Positions 18,266-27,368 are shown, counted from the stretch's first letter. The stretch: DNA of 64,000 nt from Candidatus Iainarchaeum sp. (GCA_043812975.1 JBDRLP010000027.1:1-64000), one strand, 5' to 3'. The notes: generated by a model from the sequence alone, not told the origin. Translations and numbers: made by a program.

Positions 18266-18559
18266 ATGACAATTAGATTATCAAAATTGTTTGGAATGGA
18301 TATATACACCACAGACGCAGATCATAAGGGGAAGGTTTTTGATTTAGTTATTAACCTTGAAAAAGGCAAAATTGAAACAATAACTACTGAAGCGTTAAAG
18401 GCAAGGTCTAAAGCTGAAGCAAAGAAGATTATAAGTGATAAAAGCATCCCTTATAACAAAGTCAGATCTGCTAAAGACATCATAATCGTGGGTTCAACAG
18501 CCAAACAAGAAGAGCCAACACAAGACCCTGGTAGCAGAACAATGATTAGAAGACGATAA
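18266..18559 (+). CDS. PRC-barrel domain protein (archaeal family linked to cell division)
   Basis: LSKLFGMDIYT...GKVFDLVINL...IPY..V....DIIIV pattern; GGAGG RBS. Confidence 0.85.
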   Translation: MTIRLSKLFGMDIYTTDADHKGKVFDLVINLEKGKIETITTEALKARSKAEAKKIISDKSIPYNKVRSAKDIIIVGSTAKQEEPTQDPGSRTMIRRR

Positions 18560-18632
18560 AAAAGACGGTTTTACGGCCTTTTTTTATTTTATGTGTATTA
18601 ATTATACATAAAAAGTTTTTGTTTTATAATAT

Positions 18633-19244
18633 ATGCTAGTAACGGAAGCGCGGGGTGTTGGTTTGTTAAAAGGTTATTTTGTTCAATATAAGTTTATTAT
18701 TCCAGAAAACACTAAACATTCCTCTTATACTTATCAAAAACTCTTTAGAGCATTATATGGCTATACCCAAAATGTTACTAAAGCCAACGGAAAAACATAC
18801 CGCTATCTTCGAAAAGGAATTCTTTCTGAAATACCATATATTCGTCCAGGAAAAAACTGCGTAATTATTCCTCCAAAATCTTTCAGTTCTTTAGATTCTT
18901 TTTTCAAAACAGGAAAAAACCCAAGCCACTATTGGAGAGTTAAAGGGGATTGGAAGGCTGTTTTTTATTTAGATGAAAAGAATCTTGAGGAAACCCAAGT
19001 TGTTACGGCAATCAAGGACCAAATCAAAAGATGCTTACAAGGGGAAGATGCGGAAGTCCGGACCCCCAGCATTACCATTCTAGCTGAAAAGATCAAAAAT
19101 AACGAGCCTCTTTCTAAAGATAAAATTCAATTAGCAGTAAATGAAGCAGAACCAATAATTTCAAATCCGTGGTTTAAAGAAGTTTATCGGAAAGATGCCG
19201 GGTTAAAACAGTTTTTTGATGCGTATCATATCCTAAAGCCCTGA
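18633..19244 (+). CDS. Conserved-looking hypothetical protein
   Basis: 203-aa ORF with FRALYGY...YRY.RKGIL motif; function not recognised. Confidence 0.65.
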   Translation: MLVTEARGVGLLKGYFVQYKFIIPENTKHSSYTYQKLFRALYGYTQNVTKANGKTYRYLRKGILSEIPYIRPGKNCVIIPPKSFSSLDSFFKTGKNPSHYWRVKGDWKAVFYLDEKNLEETQVVTAIKDQIKRCLQGEDAEVRTPSITILAEKIKNNEPLSKDKIQLAVNEAEPIISNPWFKEVYRKDAGLKQFFDAYHILKP

Positions 19245-19246
19245 TT

Positions 19247-19666
19247 TTAGCTATTTCTAATAGTTTCTTTTACTTTTTCTGTTTTTTCTTTTTCCTTCTT
19301 TCCTTCTAATTTTATCAGGATGTCTCGTTTTCTCCATTTTTTCTTCCCCCCAACATTATTGGTTTCAACAAGACCAATATCCACTAGTGTTTTGATGTAG
19401 GGGTAAAGGCTTCGGTCATTTTTATAATCCATCCCGAAAAGCTCTCGGATTCTTCTTAGAATTTCATCCATCGGAATCCATTCATCAAACCCTAAAATCG
19501 CAGTAATATGTGCTGCTTGTGAATTATCATTCAATTTAATATAATCCCAAACACTATGAATTTCTTCAATTAATTCTTCTTTTTTTTCATAAATACTGTT
19601 AACAATCGATTTTTTTTCTGTTTTTTCTGATTTGAATATGTTTTTTAACCAATCAAATAAACTCAT
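19247..19666 (-). CDS. Winged-helix DNA-binding protein
   Basis: EILRRIRELFG...SLYPYIKTLVDIGLVET...GKKKWR wHTH pattern; likely start MSLFDWL. Confidence 0.7.
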   Translation of the reverse strand: MSLFDWLKNIFKSEKTEKKSIVNSIYEKKEELIEEIHSVWDYIKLNDNSQAAHITAILGFDEWIPMDEILRRIRELFGMDYKNDRSLYPYIKTLVDIGLVETNNVGGKKKWRKRDILIKLEGKKEKEKTEKVKETIRNS

Positions 19667-20046
19667 GTTATTAATTACTCCAAAGTTCTTTTTATAATTA
19701 TTGTTATTTCCGCGATTACCACTTATCAATAAAGTAATGGCATATTTTTATAATAATTACCATCCTTTTTTTGTTAATTGACGTATTTTTAGTTACTATT
19801 TCTTATTTTTAGCTAATTTTAGCAATAATTTCAACAAAAAGTAAGCGCGTTTTACCTTTAAATTTTCTTATTTTTAGCAGTAGTAGGTAAGATTGTTTTT
19901 TTGTGGGTGTTATTTGAGTGGTTTTTGCGAAATTATTTGTTTTGTGAGTGTGTTTTTTGGTTAATAAATAGGGGTTAGAGAATCAAGTCGTTCAAGTGAG
20001 GGATTTTTTAAGAGACGTAGAAAAAGAAATTTATTTGTAAAGAGAA

Positions 20047-20121
20047 TAGCGGGGGGAGGATTTGAACCTTCGACCTTCGGGTTATGAGCCCGACGGGCAC
20101 TCCTGGCTGCCCTACCCCGCT
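20047..20121 (-). tRNA. tRNA-Met initiator (CAT)
   Basis: AGCGGGG acceptor with A1-U72, GGG/CCC anticodon stem, CTCATAA loop, GGTTCAAATCC T arm. Confidence 0.96.
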
Positions 20122-20323
20122 ATAAAATAAATATACACATTAGACGTAAGTTTAATAAACCCAATTATTTTGCTTAATTTCCTTTATTTTAGCTCTAAAC
20201 CCAATTTAAAGCCATTTAATTCCTTTGTTTGTTATTTTAAGTTAACATTTGGCTTTATTTTAGGTTTAATCCCTTAGTCTAATTGTAACTTGTGTATTTG
20301 TGTGTGTCCAAGAATTCGTGTAT

Positions 20324-20866
20324 TCATATTGCTTTTTCCAAGGAAGTTAACTCAGATTTCATTAGGTCAATTTTCTTTCTCAGGGCTTTGACCCGTTTCT
20401 TGTTGTTTATTGTTTTTAGTGGCCTGCCAGTATCGGGGCATTTAAATCCGTATTCTGCGGCAATTTCAAACGGGTAAAACGCACTATCCTTTCCCGCACT
20501 AAAAAAAGCATGGGTGCCCTCAAATTCAATTTCCTTTTCAAGTTTGGCTATTTCTTCAACTCGTTGTTCTAAGATTAATGTAGCAATCCTTGGGGTTTTA
20601 ATTTCCCAAGTGTATGAATACCAGCCCGTTTTCACATTTTTTGTTTTTTGGTAACAAGCAATCCCTCTGTAATGAAGCCTATTCAAAATAGTTCGGATTT
20701 CAGTAATTTTTAGCGGCAGTTTTTTACCAATTTCTTCATCAGTTACTGGTTTTCTTTTACTCGAACAAATTTTAACTAATTCGACAGCATAATCTCCAGC
20801 AACCGAAGCCAGAAAATCTTTGACTAATAAGTATTCATAAATTTTTTTCTTTAGAAGTTTGCCCAT
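20324..20866 (-). CDS. tfe: Transcription factor E (TFIIE alpha)
   Basis: TDEEI...IRTILNRL...GWYSYTW wHTH and FEIAAEYGFKCP.TG ribbon. Confidence 0.9.
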   Translation of the reverse strand: MGKLLKKKIYEYLLVKDFLASVAGDYAVELVKICSSKRKPVTDEEIGKKLPLKITEIRTILNRLHYRGIACYQKTKNVKTGWYSYTWEIKTPRIATLILEQRVEEIAKLEKEIEFEGTHAFFSAGKDSAFYPFEIAAEYGFKCPDTGRPLKTINNKKRVKALRKKIDLMKSELTSLEKAI

Positions 20867-20914
20867 ATTATATTTTTTTACCGTTATTGTTTTTTAAACT
20901 TAAACGAATTTTAG

Positions 20915-21445
20915 TTATTTTTTACTGACTTTTTTCCCTTTTGCGACTGGTTCGACATAAATTTTGGCTCCTGTAAATTTTTTTACCAGTTCTTTTCCTT
21001 CTTGTATTCGGTCCAAAAAAACAGCCATTGCAGCGATTTCTGAATGAGGTTGGAGGGTCACAGACACATTATAATCAGACATTTCATAAACTTCTTTTTC
21101 GACTTTTTGAGAACCAATAATCACTAATAATTTATCCTTGCTTCTAAGTTCTTGCTCTGTTTCCTGAACTGGCAACCCATACATAGTCAAATGCACAGAA
21201 GTAAACCCTTTCTTTTTGTAATACGTTATTCTTTTTCTCCAGCTTTCAAAAAATTCAACATTAGCTCCTTTTCCCCATTGTTTGTTCATAGTATTAACAG
21301 TATTCTCAATACTTTCATCCTTTTCCCCAATAATTTCTACTTTATCTGCTCCAAAAGCTCTTGCCACTAAACAGCAATGGCTTGTAACTCTGTAATCTCT
21401 TACATGTCTATGCCCGTATCTCAAAACAACAATTTCCTTAACCAT
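20915..21445 (-). CDS. tRNA (cytidine(56)-2'-O)-methyltransferase aTrm56
   Basis: LRYGHR..RD.RVTSH..LVARAFGA, HLTMYG, GSQKV and QPHSEIAA motifs. Confidence 0.93.
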   Translation of the reverse strand: MVKEIVVLRYGHRHVRDYRVTSHCCLVARAFGADKVEIIGEKDESIENTVNTMNKQWGKGANVEFFESWRKRITYYKKKGFTSVHLTMYGLPVQETEQELRSKDKLLVIIGSQKVEKEVYEMSDYNVSVTLQPHSEIAAMAVFLDRIQEGKELVKKFTGAKIYVEPVAKGKKVSKK

Positions 21446-21505
21446 AAACAAATTTCGTCTAGAGCAGTTTTTATTCTTTATTTTACTTAAATTCACTGTG
21501 ATTTT

Positions 21506-22783
21506 ATGCTGGACCTCAAATTTGTAAGGGAAAATTCAGAGTTGATAAAGAAAGACCTCGAAAAAAGAATGGATATTGAAAAAAAACCATGGATAAAGAG
21601 ACTTCTTGATTTGGATAAAAAATATCGTGAACAATTACAGGAAGCGGAAAACCTGAGAGCCAAAAGAAATGAAATAACCGCGGAAGTAAAGAAACTTCTT
21701 TCAGAAAAAAAAGACGCCAAAAAAAAGATTGCTGAAGCAAAAGATCTTCCAAACAAAATTAAGAAAATTGAAAAAAACACTGCTTTGTTGAAAGAAAAAA
21801 TTGATTATTATTTGATGCGTCTTCCTAATGTTTTACATGAATCAGTACCTTATGGGCGCGATGATTCTGAAAATAAAGTTGTGAAAGAAGTAGGTAAAAA
21901 AATTTCACGAAAAGAGCTTCTTCCTCATGGTGAGCTTTTAGAAAAACACGGGTGGGCTGATTTTGATCGTGCAGCAAAAGTTGCCGGTTCAGGATTTTAT
22001 TTTCTGAAAGGCCAGTTTGCGTTATTAGATTTTGCATTGCTGAGGTTTGCAATTGACAAACTTATGAAAAAAGGATATACTTTGATAGAGCCTCCGTTGA
22101 TGATGAATCGTGATGCGTATTCTGGAGTTACTGATTTAAACGACTTTGAGAATGTTATGTATAAAATTGACTCTGAGGATCTTTATTTAATTGCGACTTC
22201 CGAACATCCGCTGGCGGCAATGTTCAAAAATGAAATTCTTTCTGGTGAAAAACTTCCGATTAAGTTTGCAGGAGTATCTCCTTGTTTCAGAAAAGAAATC
22301 GGCAAGCACGGTATTGACACAAGGGGAATTTTCAGGGTTCATCAATTCAACAAAATTGAACAGTTTATTTTCTGTAAACCAGAGGATTCTTGGAAGTTCC
22401 ATGAGGAACTTTTAGAAAATGCGGAGGAAATTTTCAAAGAACTTGGTTTAGCCTATAGAGTTGTAAATATTTGCACCGGTGACATTGGAATTGTTGCTGC
22501 TAAAAAGTATGATATGGAAGTCTGGATGCCTAGAGAAGAAAAATACCGAGAAGTAGTTTCAAACAGCAATTGTACAACTTACCAGGCGGTTCGTTCTAAT
22601 GTAAAATTCAGGCACAAAGATGGAACCAAAGAATTTGTTCATACCTTGAACAGCACTGCTATTGCAACATCAAGAGCATTAAGGGCCTTACTTGAAACTT
22701 ATTATGATAATGGGGTAATAAAAATCCCAAAAGCTTTGCAACCGTATATGAATGGAGTAAAGGAAATTAAGCCTGAGAAATAG
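21506..22783 (+). CDS. serS: Serine--tRNA ligase
   Basis: N-terminal coiled arm, ATSE, CFRKE.G..G.DTRGIFRVHQF.K.EQF and HTLNSTA motifs. Confidence 0.97.
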   Translation: MLDLKFVRENSELIKKDLEKRMDIEKKPWIKRLLDLDKKYREQLQEAENLRAKRNEITAEVKKLLSEKKDAKKKIAEAKDLPNKIKKIEKNTALLKEKIDYYLMRLPNVLHESVPYGRDDSENKVVKEVGKKISRKELLPHGELLEKHGWADFDRAAKVAGSGFYFLKGQFALLDFALLRFAIDKLMKKGYTLIEPPLMMNRDAYSGVTDLNDFENVMYKIDSEDLYLIATSEHPLAAMFKNEILSGEKLPIKFAGVSPCFRKEIGKHGIDTRGIFRVHQFNKIEQFIFCKPEDSWKFHEELLENAEEIFKELGLAYRVVNICTGDIGIVAAKKYDMEVWMPREEKYREVVSNSNCTTYQAVRSNVKFRHKDGTKEFVHTLNSTAIATSRALRALLETYYDNGVIKIPKALQPYMNGVKEIKPEK

Positions 22784-22839
22784 CTTTTCTCGCTGAAGAA
22801 ACCTTAAAAAACCTCTTCTTAGGCAATATTTAGTCAAAT

Positions 22840-22913
22840 GGGCCCATAGCTCAGTCTGGTAGAGCAGCGGACTTTTAATCCGCGTGTCGAGGGTTCAAAT
22901 CCCTCTGGGCTCG
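22840..22913 (+). tRNA. tRNA-Lys (TTT)
   Basis: Full cloverleaf, anticodon loop CTTTTAA, G2.U71 pair, discriminator G73. Confidence 0.96.
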
Positions 22914-22988
22914 TTCAGTACTTTTTTCTTTCTCTTTGAAAGAGAAAGAAAAACCTACACTAAAAAGAAAGAGAAAAAGGCGTGTATT

Positions 22989-25331
22989 TTGTCTGAAGAA
23001 AAAGAAGTTTCAGTATGGTCAGAAAAGGTAGCTGATGATGTTATTGTTAGACATAAAGAACCTTATGTTGTTGAGGGCATGTGGACGCCAAGCGGGTTCT
23101 TTCACATCGGAAACGCGAGGCCGGAAGTGTTTACTCCGTATGCTGTAAAAAGAGCTATTCAGGATAAAGGAAAAAAAGTCACACAGAATTTTATTTTAGA
23201 TGATTTTGATGCAGTGAGGAAAATTCCTGGAGGATTAGGAATCAAAAAAGAAGACGAAGATAAATATCTTGGTTTTCCAATTGCCACTGCTCCGTCTCCT
23301 TTGCCTGGTTTCAAAACATGGGCGGATGCATTTGTTTCTCAGTTGAAAAAGTATGCTCCTGAATTCGGTCTTGACTTGAATTTTATTTCTGCTTTCCAAA
23401 CTTACAAAGAAGGAAAATTTAATGAGTTGATAAAATTCAGTATTGAAAATTCTAAGGAAATTGTGAAGGTTTGGACAAAAGTTGCAGGTTCTGAAAAAGA
23501 AGAAGATTTTGTCCCTTTGCAAGTCCTTTGTGAAAAGTGTAAAAAAATTTATTATACAAAAGTTCTTGGTTTTGAAAACGATTTAGTTGAATATGAATGC
23601 GAATGTGGTCAGAAAGGAAAAGTTTCCCCGTATGATGGTAATGCAAAATTACATTGGAGAGTACATTGGGTTTGCCACTGGATTCTCCACAAAGTGGATT
23701 TTGAATCAGGGGGAAAGGATCACTTTTCTAAAGGCGGTTCTGTTGATGTCGGGCAGGCATTGATTAAGGAAGTTTTCAAAAAAGAACCCCCTGTGCAGGT
23801 GCCAACTGAGTTTGTTCAGTTAGCTGGAGCAAAAATGGCAGGTTCCATTGGAAATGTTATTGATCTTGAATCTTGGTTAAAAGTAGCGCCGCCAGAACTT
23901 TTCAGGTTCATGAATTTTTCTTATAAACCTTACACTGTAATTGAGTTCTCATTCAAAAATAACAGTTTTGTTCTTTTGAACGATCGATTTGAAAGAGCCG
24001 AAAGAATTTATTTTGGTTTCGAAAAAGCAGAAAACGAAAAAATGACTCAGAAATTAAAGAAGATTTATGAATTTTCAGTAATAGGCACTCCGTCAAAAAG
24101 ATTAGTGCAGCTTCCGTTCTCAACAAGTATTTTACTTTCACAGATTCTGGATTTTGAAAATAATTTTGATGAAAGTTTAGATAAAATAAAAGAAGTATCA
24201 AAAATTCCTGAAGATTTGACTAACGAAGAAAAGGAAAAAATAAAAGAAAAACTAAAAAGAACTAAACACTGGGTCGAGAATTACGCTGAGGAATCATTCA
24301 GATTGAGTTTTGTTGAAGAATACGATTCTGGATTATTAGGCAGATTAGATGAAAAAATTGTTTCTGTGCTTACTCAGATAAACAAAAATCTTCTAAGTGC
24401 AAAAACCCAGGAGGAGATTCAGCAATTAATTTTTGATTCTTCAAAGGAAAACAACATTTCTCCAAAAGATTCTTTTAGAGTTATTTATTTGGCTTTAATT
24501 GGCAAGGAAAAGGGGCCTAAAGTAGGTTCTCTTGTTCCAGTTTTCGGAAAAGAAAAAGTAATGAAAAGAATTGAAGAAGTAATTTCTCAGCCAAAACCAA
24601 AAACTGCGGTTAGAGAAAAAAAGGACTCTAGTTTGCCAGGGGCTGAAGAACTTTCTAAAGTTTTCAATTTTGAGGTTTCAGAAAAAGTAAAAGAAAATTT
24701 TCCAAACCTCCGACTAGGAATTTTAGTTCTGAAGAATATTGCTAATGCAAAGCAAAGTCCTGAAATTTCTAAGTTGCTCAGAAAAAAAGAATCCGAATTA
24801 AGAAAAGACATTGAAGGAAAAGAACTTTCTTCAGTTGAAAATCTGAAACTCTGGAGAGAAGCTTACTCAAGTTTTGGCGGAAAACCAAAAAAATACAAGC
24901 CTTCAGTTGAGGCACTTGTAAAAAGAGTAGTTAAAGGAGAAGAACTTCCAAGCATCAATCTTTTAGTTGACATTTACAATTACATTTCTATAAAATATTT
25001 ACTTCCTGCCGGAGGGGACGATTTGGATAAAATTGAGGGCAAAGTTTCTCTTGATTATGCAACCGGAAAAGAGAACTTTTTGATGATTGGGTCTAATGAA
25101 AACGATGCCCCGAAAGAAGGGGAGATTGTTTACAAAGATTCCAAAGAAGTTTTGTGCAGACGTTGGAATTGGAGAGAATGTGACAAAACCAAGTTAACTG
25201 AAGAAACCAAAAATGCAGTAATTTATATTGAAAGTCTCAGTTCAGCAGATGATTTGGATAAAGCACTTGCTGAACTTGCGGAACTTGTTGAAAAGTACTG
25301 TAATGCCAAAACAAGCAAGTTTGTGGTTTAA
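22989..25331 (+). CDS. lysS: Class I lysine--tRNA ligase fused to a C-terminal B3/4 (PheRS-beta editing-like) domain
   Basis: TPSGFFHIGN (HIGH-like), CxxC...CxC zinc knuckle, KLHWRVHW, GKDH, KMAGS (KMSSS-like) and GPK motifs. After ~24660 there is a B3/4 domain (WREAYSSFG..P..YKPSVEAL.KR, INLLVDIYN.IS, D.DKIEG, EIVYKD, CRRWNWRE). Likely TTG start at 22989. Confidence 0.93.
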   Translation: MSEEKEVSVWSEKVADDVIVRHKEPYVVEGMWTPSGFFHIGNARPEVFTPYAVKRAIQDKGKKVTQNFILDDFDAVRKIPGGLGIKKEDEDKYLGFPIATAPSPLPGFKTWADAFVSQLKKYAPEFGLDLNFISAFQTYKEGKFNELIKFSIENSKEIVKVWTKVAGSEKEEDFVPLQVLCEKCKKIYYTKVLGFENDLVEYECECGQKGKVSPYDGNAKLHWRVHWVCHWILHKVDFESGGKDHFSKGGSVDVGQALIKEVFKKEPPVQVPTEFVQLAGAKMAGSIGNVIDLESWLKVAPPELFRFMNFSYKPYTVIEFSFKNNSFVLLNDRFERAERIYFGFEKAENEKMTQKLKKIYEFSVIGTPSKRLVQLPFSTSILLSQILDFENNFDESLDKIKEVSKIPEDLTNEEKEKIKEKLKRTKHWVENYAEESFRLSFVEEYDSGLLGRLDEKIVSVLTQINKNLLSAKTQEEIQQLIFDSSKENNISPKDSFRVIYLALIGKEKGPKVGSLVPVFGKEKVMKRIEEVISQPKPKTAVREKKDSSLPGAEELSKVFNFEVSEKVKENFPNLRLGILVLKNIANAKQSPEISKLLRKKESELRKDIEGKELSSVENLKLWREAYSSFGGKPKKYKPSVEALVKRVVKGEELPSINLLVDIYNYISIKYLLPAGGDDLDKIEGKVSLDYATGKENFLMIGSNENDAPKEGEIVYKDSKEVLCRRWNWRECDKTKLTEETKNAVIYIESLSSADDLDKALAELAELVEKYCNAKTSKFVV

Positions 25332-25376
25332 TGGAAGTTTAATAATGGTTATTTAAGCGAAGTATTTGGTGTTTGT

Positions 25377-25450
25377 GGGCCCATAGCTCAGTCTGGTAGA
25401 GCAGCGGACTCTTAATCCGCGTGTCGAGGGTTCAAATCCCTCTGGGCTCG
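25377..25450 (+). tRNA. tRNA-Lys (CTT)
   Basis: Identical to the upstream tRNA-Lys except at the first anticodon base (loop CTCTTAA). Confidence 0.96.
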
Positions 25451-25452
25451 CA

Positions 25453-26793
25453 TTAAATTTTTTCCAAATATCTTTTAATTTCCCATTTGGAAACTTGTTT
25501 TGCGTAATCCCGCCACTCGGTTTTCTTTGATTTGATGTAATGTGCGAAACAATGTTCTCCAAGAGTTTCTTTCAGAGCCGTGTCCTGTTCAAGGGCGATT
25601 ATTGCATCTCTCAAGTTTTCAGGCAGCGTCTGAATTTTATTATTGTTTAGTTTTTCACTATCCAAATCATAAAGACTTTCTTCAACAGGATTTGGAATTT
25701 CAAGTTTTCTTTTAATTCCGTCAAGTCCTGCTGTCAGCATTGCCGCAAATGCAAGATAAGGATTACAACTTGGATCGGGGCATCTTAATTCTGCACGAGT
25801 AGAATTTTCTCTTCCTTTTGAATATCTTGGTATTCGGATTAATGCTGATCTGTTAACTTGGCCCCAGCTAATGTAAACAGGGGCTTCATAACCAGGAACT
25901 AATCTTTTGTATGAGTTAACTGTAGGGGCCACAATTGCAGCAAGTCCTTTTGCGTGTTCCAATTGACCCGCAATAAAATGTTTAGCAGTATTACTCAACT
26001 TGTATTCATCTTCTGCATCAAAGAAAACATTCTTACTCCCTTTGAATAGACTCTGATGAACATGCATTCCAGAACCATTAATGCCGTAAATCGGTTTTGG
26101 CATAAAGCTCGCATACAAATTATGTTTTTGCGCAATTGCTTTTACTGTGTATTTGAAAGTATTGACTTTGTCTGCAGTTGTAAGTGCTTTTCCATATTTA
26201 AAATCAATTTCATGCTGGCCAAACGCAACTTCATGGTGAGAAGTTTCAACTTCTAAACCCATTTTTTCCAGAGAAAAAATTATATCTCTTCTCACGTCGC
26301 TTGCAAGATCACGCGGAGCAAAATCAAAGTAGCCTCCAACATCGTGTGGTACAGTTTGTACTTCTCCGTCTTTAGTTTGAAATAAAAAAAATTCCAGCTC
26401 AGGTCCAACAAAATACTCAAAGCCTTCTTCATTTGCTTTTGCAATTGCGTTTTTCAGGATGTTTCTCGGATCTCCCTCAAATGGTTTACCATCAGGCATA
26501 TAAACATCACATATTATTCGTGCTTCTCTGTGTCCGTTTTGGCTCCTCCAAGGAATTATTTCAAAAGTGGTTTCATCAGGTTTGAGGTACATATCACTTT
26601 CAAAGATTCTAGTGAATCCCTGTATACTGCTTCCATCAAACCACTGACCTTTTTTAAGGGATTCCTCCAGCTTATGCCCTGGTATTGTGACACTTTTTAT
26701 CTGGCCATCAATATCAGAAAACTGGAGTTCAATTAGTTTCACGTTTTCTTTTTTTATTGTTTCAAGAATATCTTTTGAGCCCATTATAATCAA
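25453..26793 (-). CDS. glnA: Glutamine synthetase type I
   Basis: FDGSSI.GF, GPELEFF, HHEVA.GQHEIDF, NGSGMHVHQSL, NSYKRLVPGYEAP and NRSALIR motifs. Confidence 0.97.
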   Translation of the reverse strand: MIIMGSKDILETIKKENVKLIELQFSDIDGQIKSVTIPGHKLEESLKKGQWFDGSSIQGFTRIFESDMYLKPDETTFEIIPWRSQNGHREARIICDVYMPDGKPFEGDPRNILKNAIAKANEEGFEYFVGPELEFFLFQTKDGEVQTVPHDVGGYFDFAPRDLASDVRRDIIFSLEKMGLEVETSHHEVAFGQHEIDFKYGKALTTADKVNTFKYTVKAIAQKHNLYASFMPKPIYGINGSGMHVHQSLFKGSKNVFFDAEDEYKLSNTAKHFIAGQLEHAKGLAAIVAPTVNSYKRLVPGYEAPVYISWGQVNRSALIRIPRYSKGRENSTRAELRCPDPSCNPYLAFAAMLTAGLDGIKRKLEIPNPVEESLYDLDSEKLNNNKIQTLPENLRDAIIALEQDTALKETLGEHCFAHYIKSKKTEWRDYAKQVSKWEIKRYLEKI

Positions 26794-26909
26794 TTATTTT
26801 ATGCTTTAATTAAGCTTTTTACAAAAAGTTTTGACAATTGTTATAGAATATCCTTAAATAGTTATTTTTTGTACTATTATTTAACTAAATAGTTTGAGAA
26901 AGTAAACAA

Positions 26910-27368
26910 TTGTTAGGTGGATTTATGGAGCCGGATAAAAAAGATATATTAATCCTCAGAGTATTGCAGAAAGATTCTCGTTTGTCTTTGAGAAAAATCG
27001 CCAAAAAAACAGGGGTTTCAATAGTTACTGTGATGAAGCACATAAAACGCCTTGAAGAAAACGGGGTTATAACTCAATATTCTGCGTTTTTGGATTATGA
27101 AAAACTCGGGTTTGATCTTCAGGCCATAACCTCAATCAGTGTCGCTAAAGGTAAGCTTTTTGATGTTGAAAAAAAAATAGCCAGTCATCCAAATGTTACT
27201 GCTGTTTATGACGTTACAGGTCATTTTGATGTTTTTGTAATAGCCAGGTTCAAAAACAGAAAATCCCTTGACAATTATCTTAAAAAAGTCCAGACCTTTG
27301 ATTTTGTTGAAAAAACCGAGACAATAATTGTTTTGAACGCAATAAAAGAGGGGTTGCTCAAACTTTGA
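26910..27368 (+). CDS. Lrp/AsnC family transcriptional regulator
   Basis: D.KD..IL..LQKDSR.S...IA HTH and VYDVTG.FD ligand-binding domain; divergent from glnA. Confidence 0.92.
   Translation: MLGGFMEPDKKDILILRVLQKDSRLSLRKIAKKTGVSIVTVMKHIKRLEENGVITQYSAFLDYEKLGFDLQAITSISVAKGKLFDVEKKIASHPNVTAVYDVTGHFDVFVIARFKNRKSLDNYLKKVQTFDFVEKTETIIVLNAIKEGLLKL

Noticed and set aside
18587..18613. dif site
   Set aside because: The arms are oriented TTATG...CATAA with a 5-bp spacer, not the TAA-N6-TTA arrangement of dif sites.
22884..22988. N-terminal extension of LysRS given in the ORF track
   Set aside because: It overlaps the tRNA-Lys gene and its terminator; homology begins near the TTG at 22989.
25353..25562. 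ORFs 25353-25562 and 28239-28445
   Set aside because: They are antisense translations of tRNA genes (GFEP-type peptides), not proteins.
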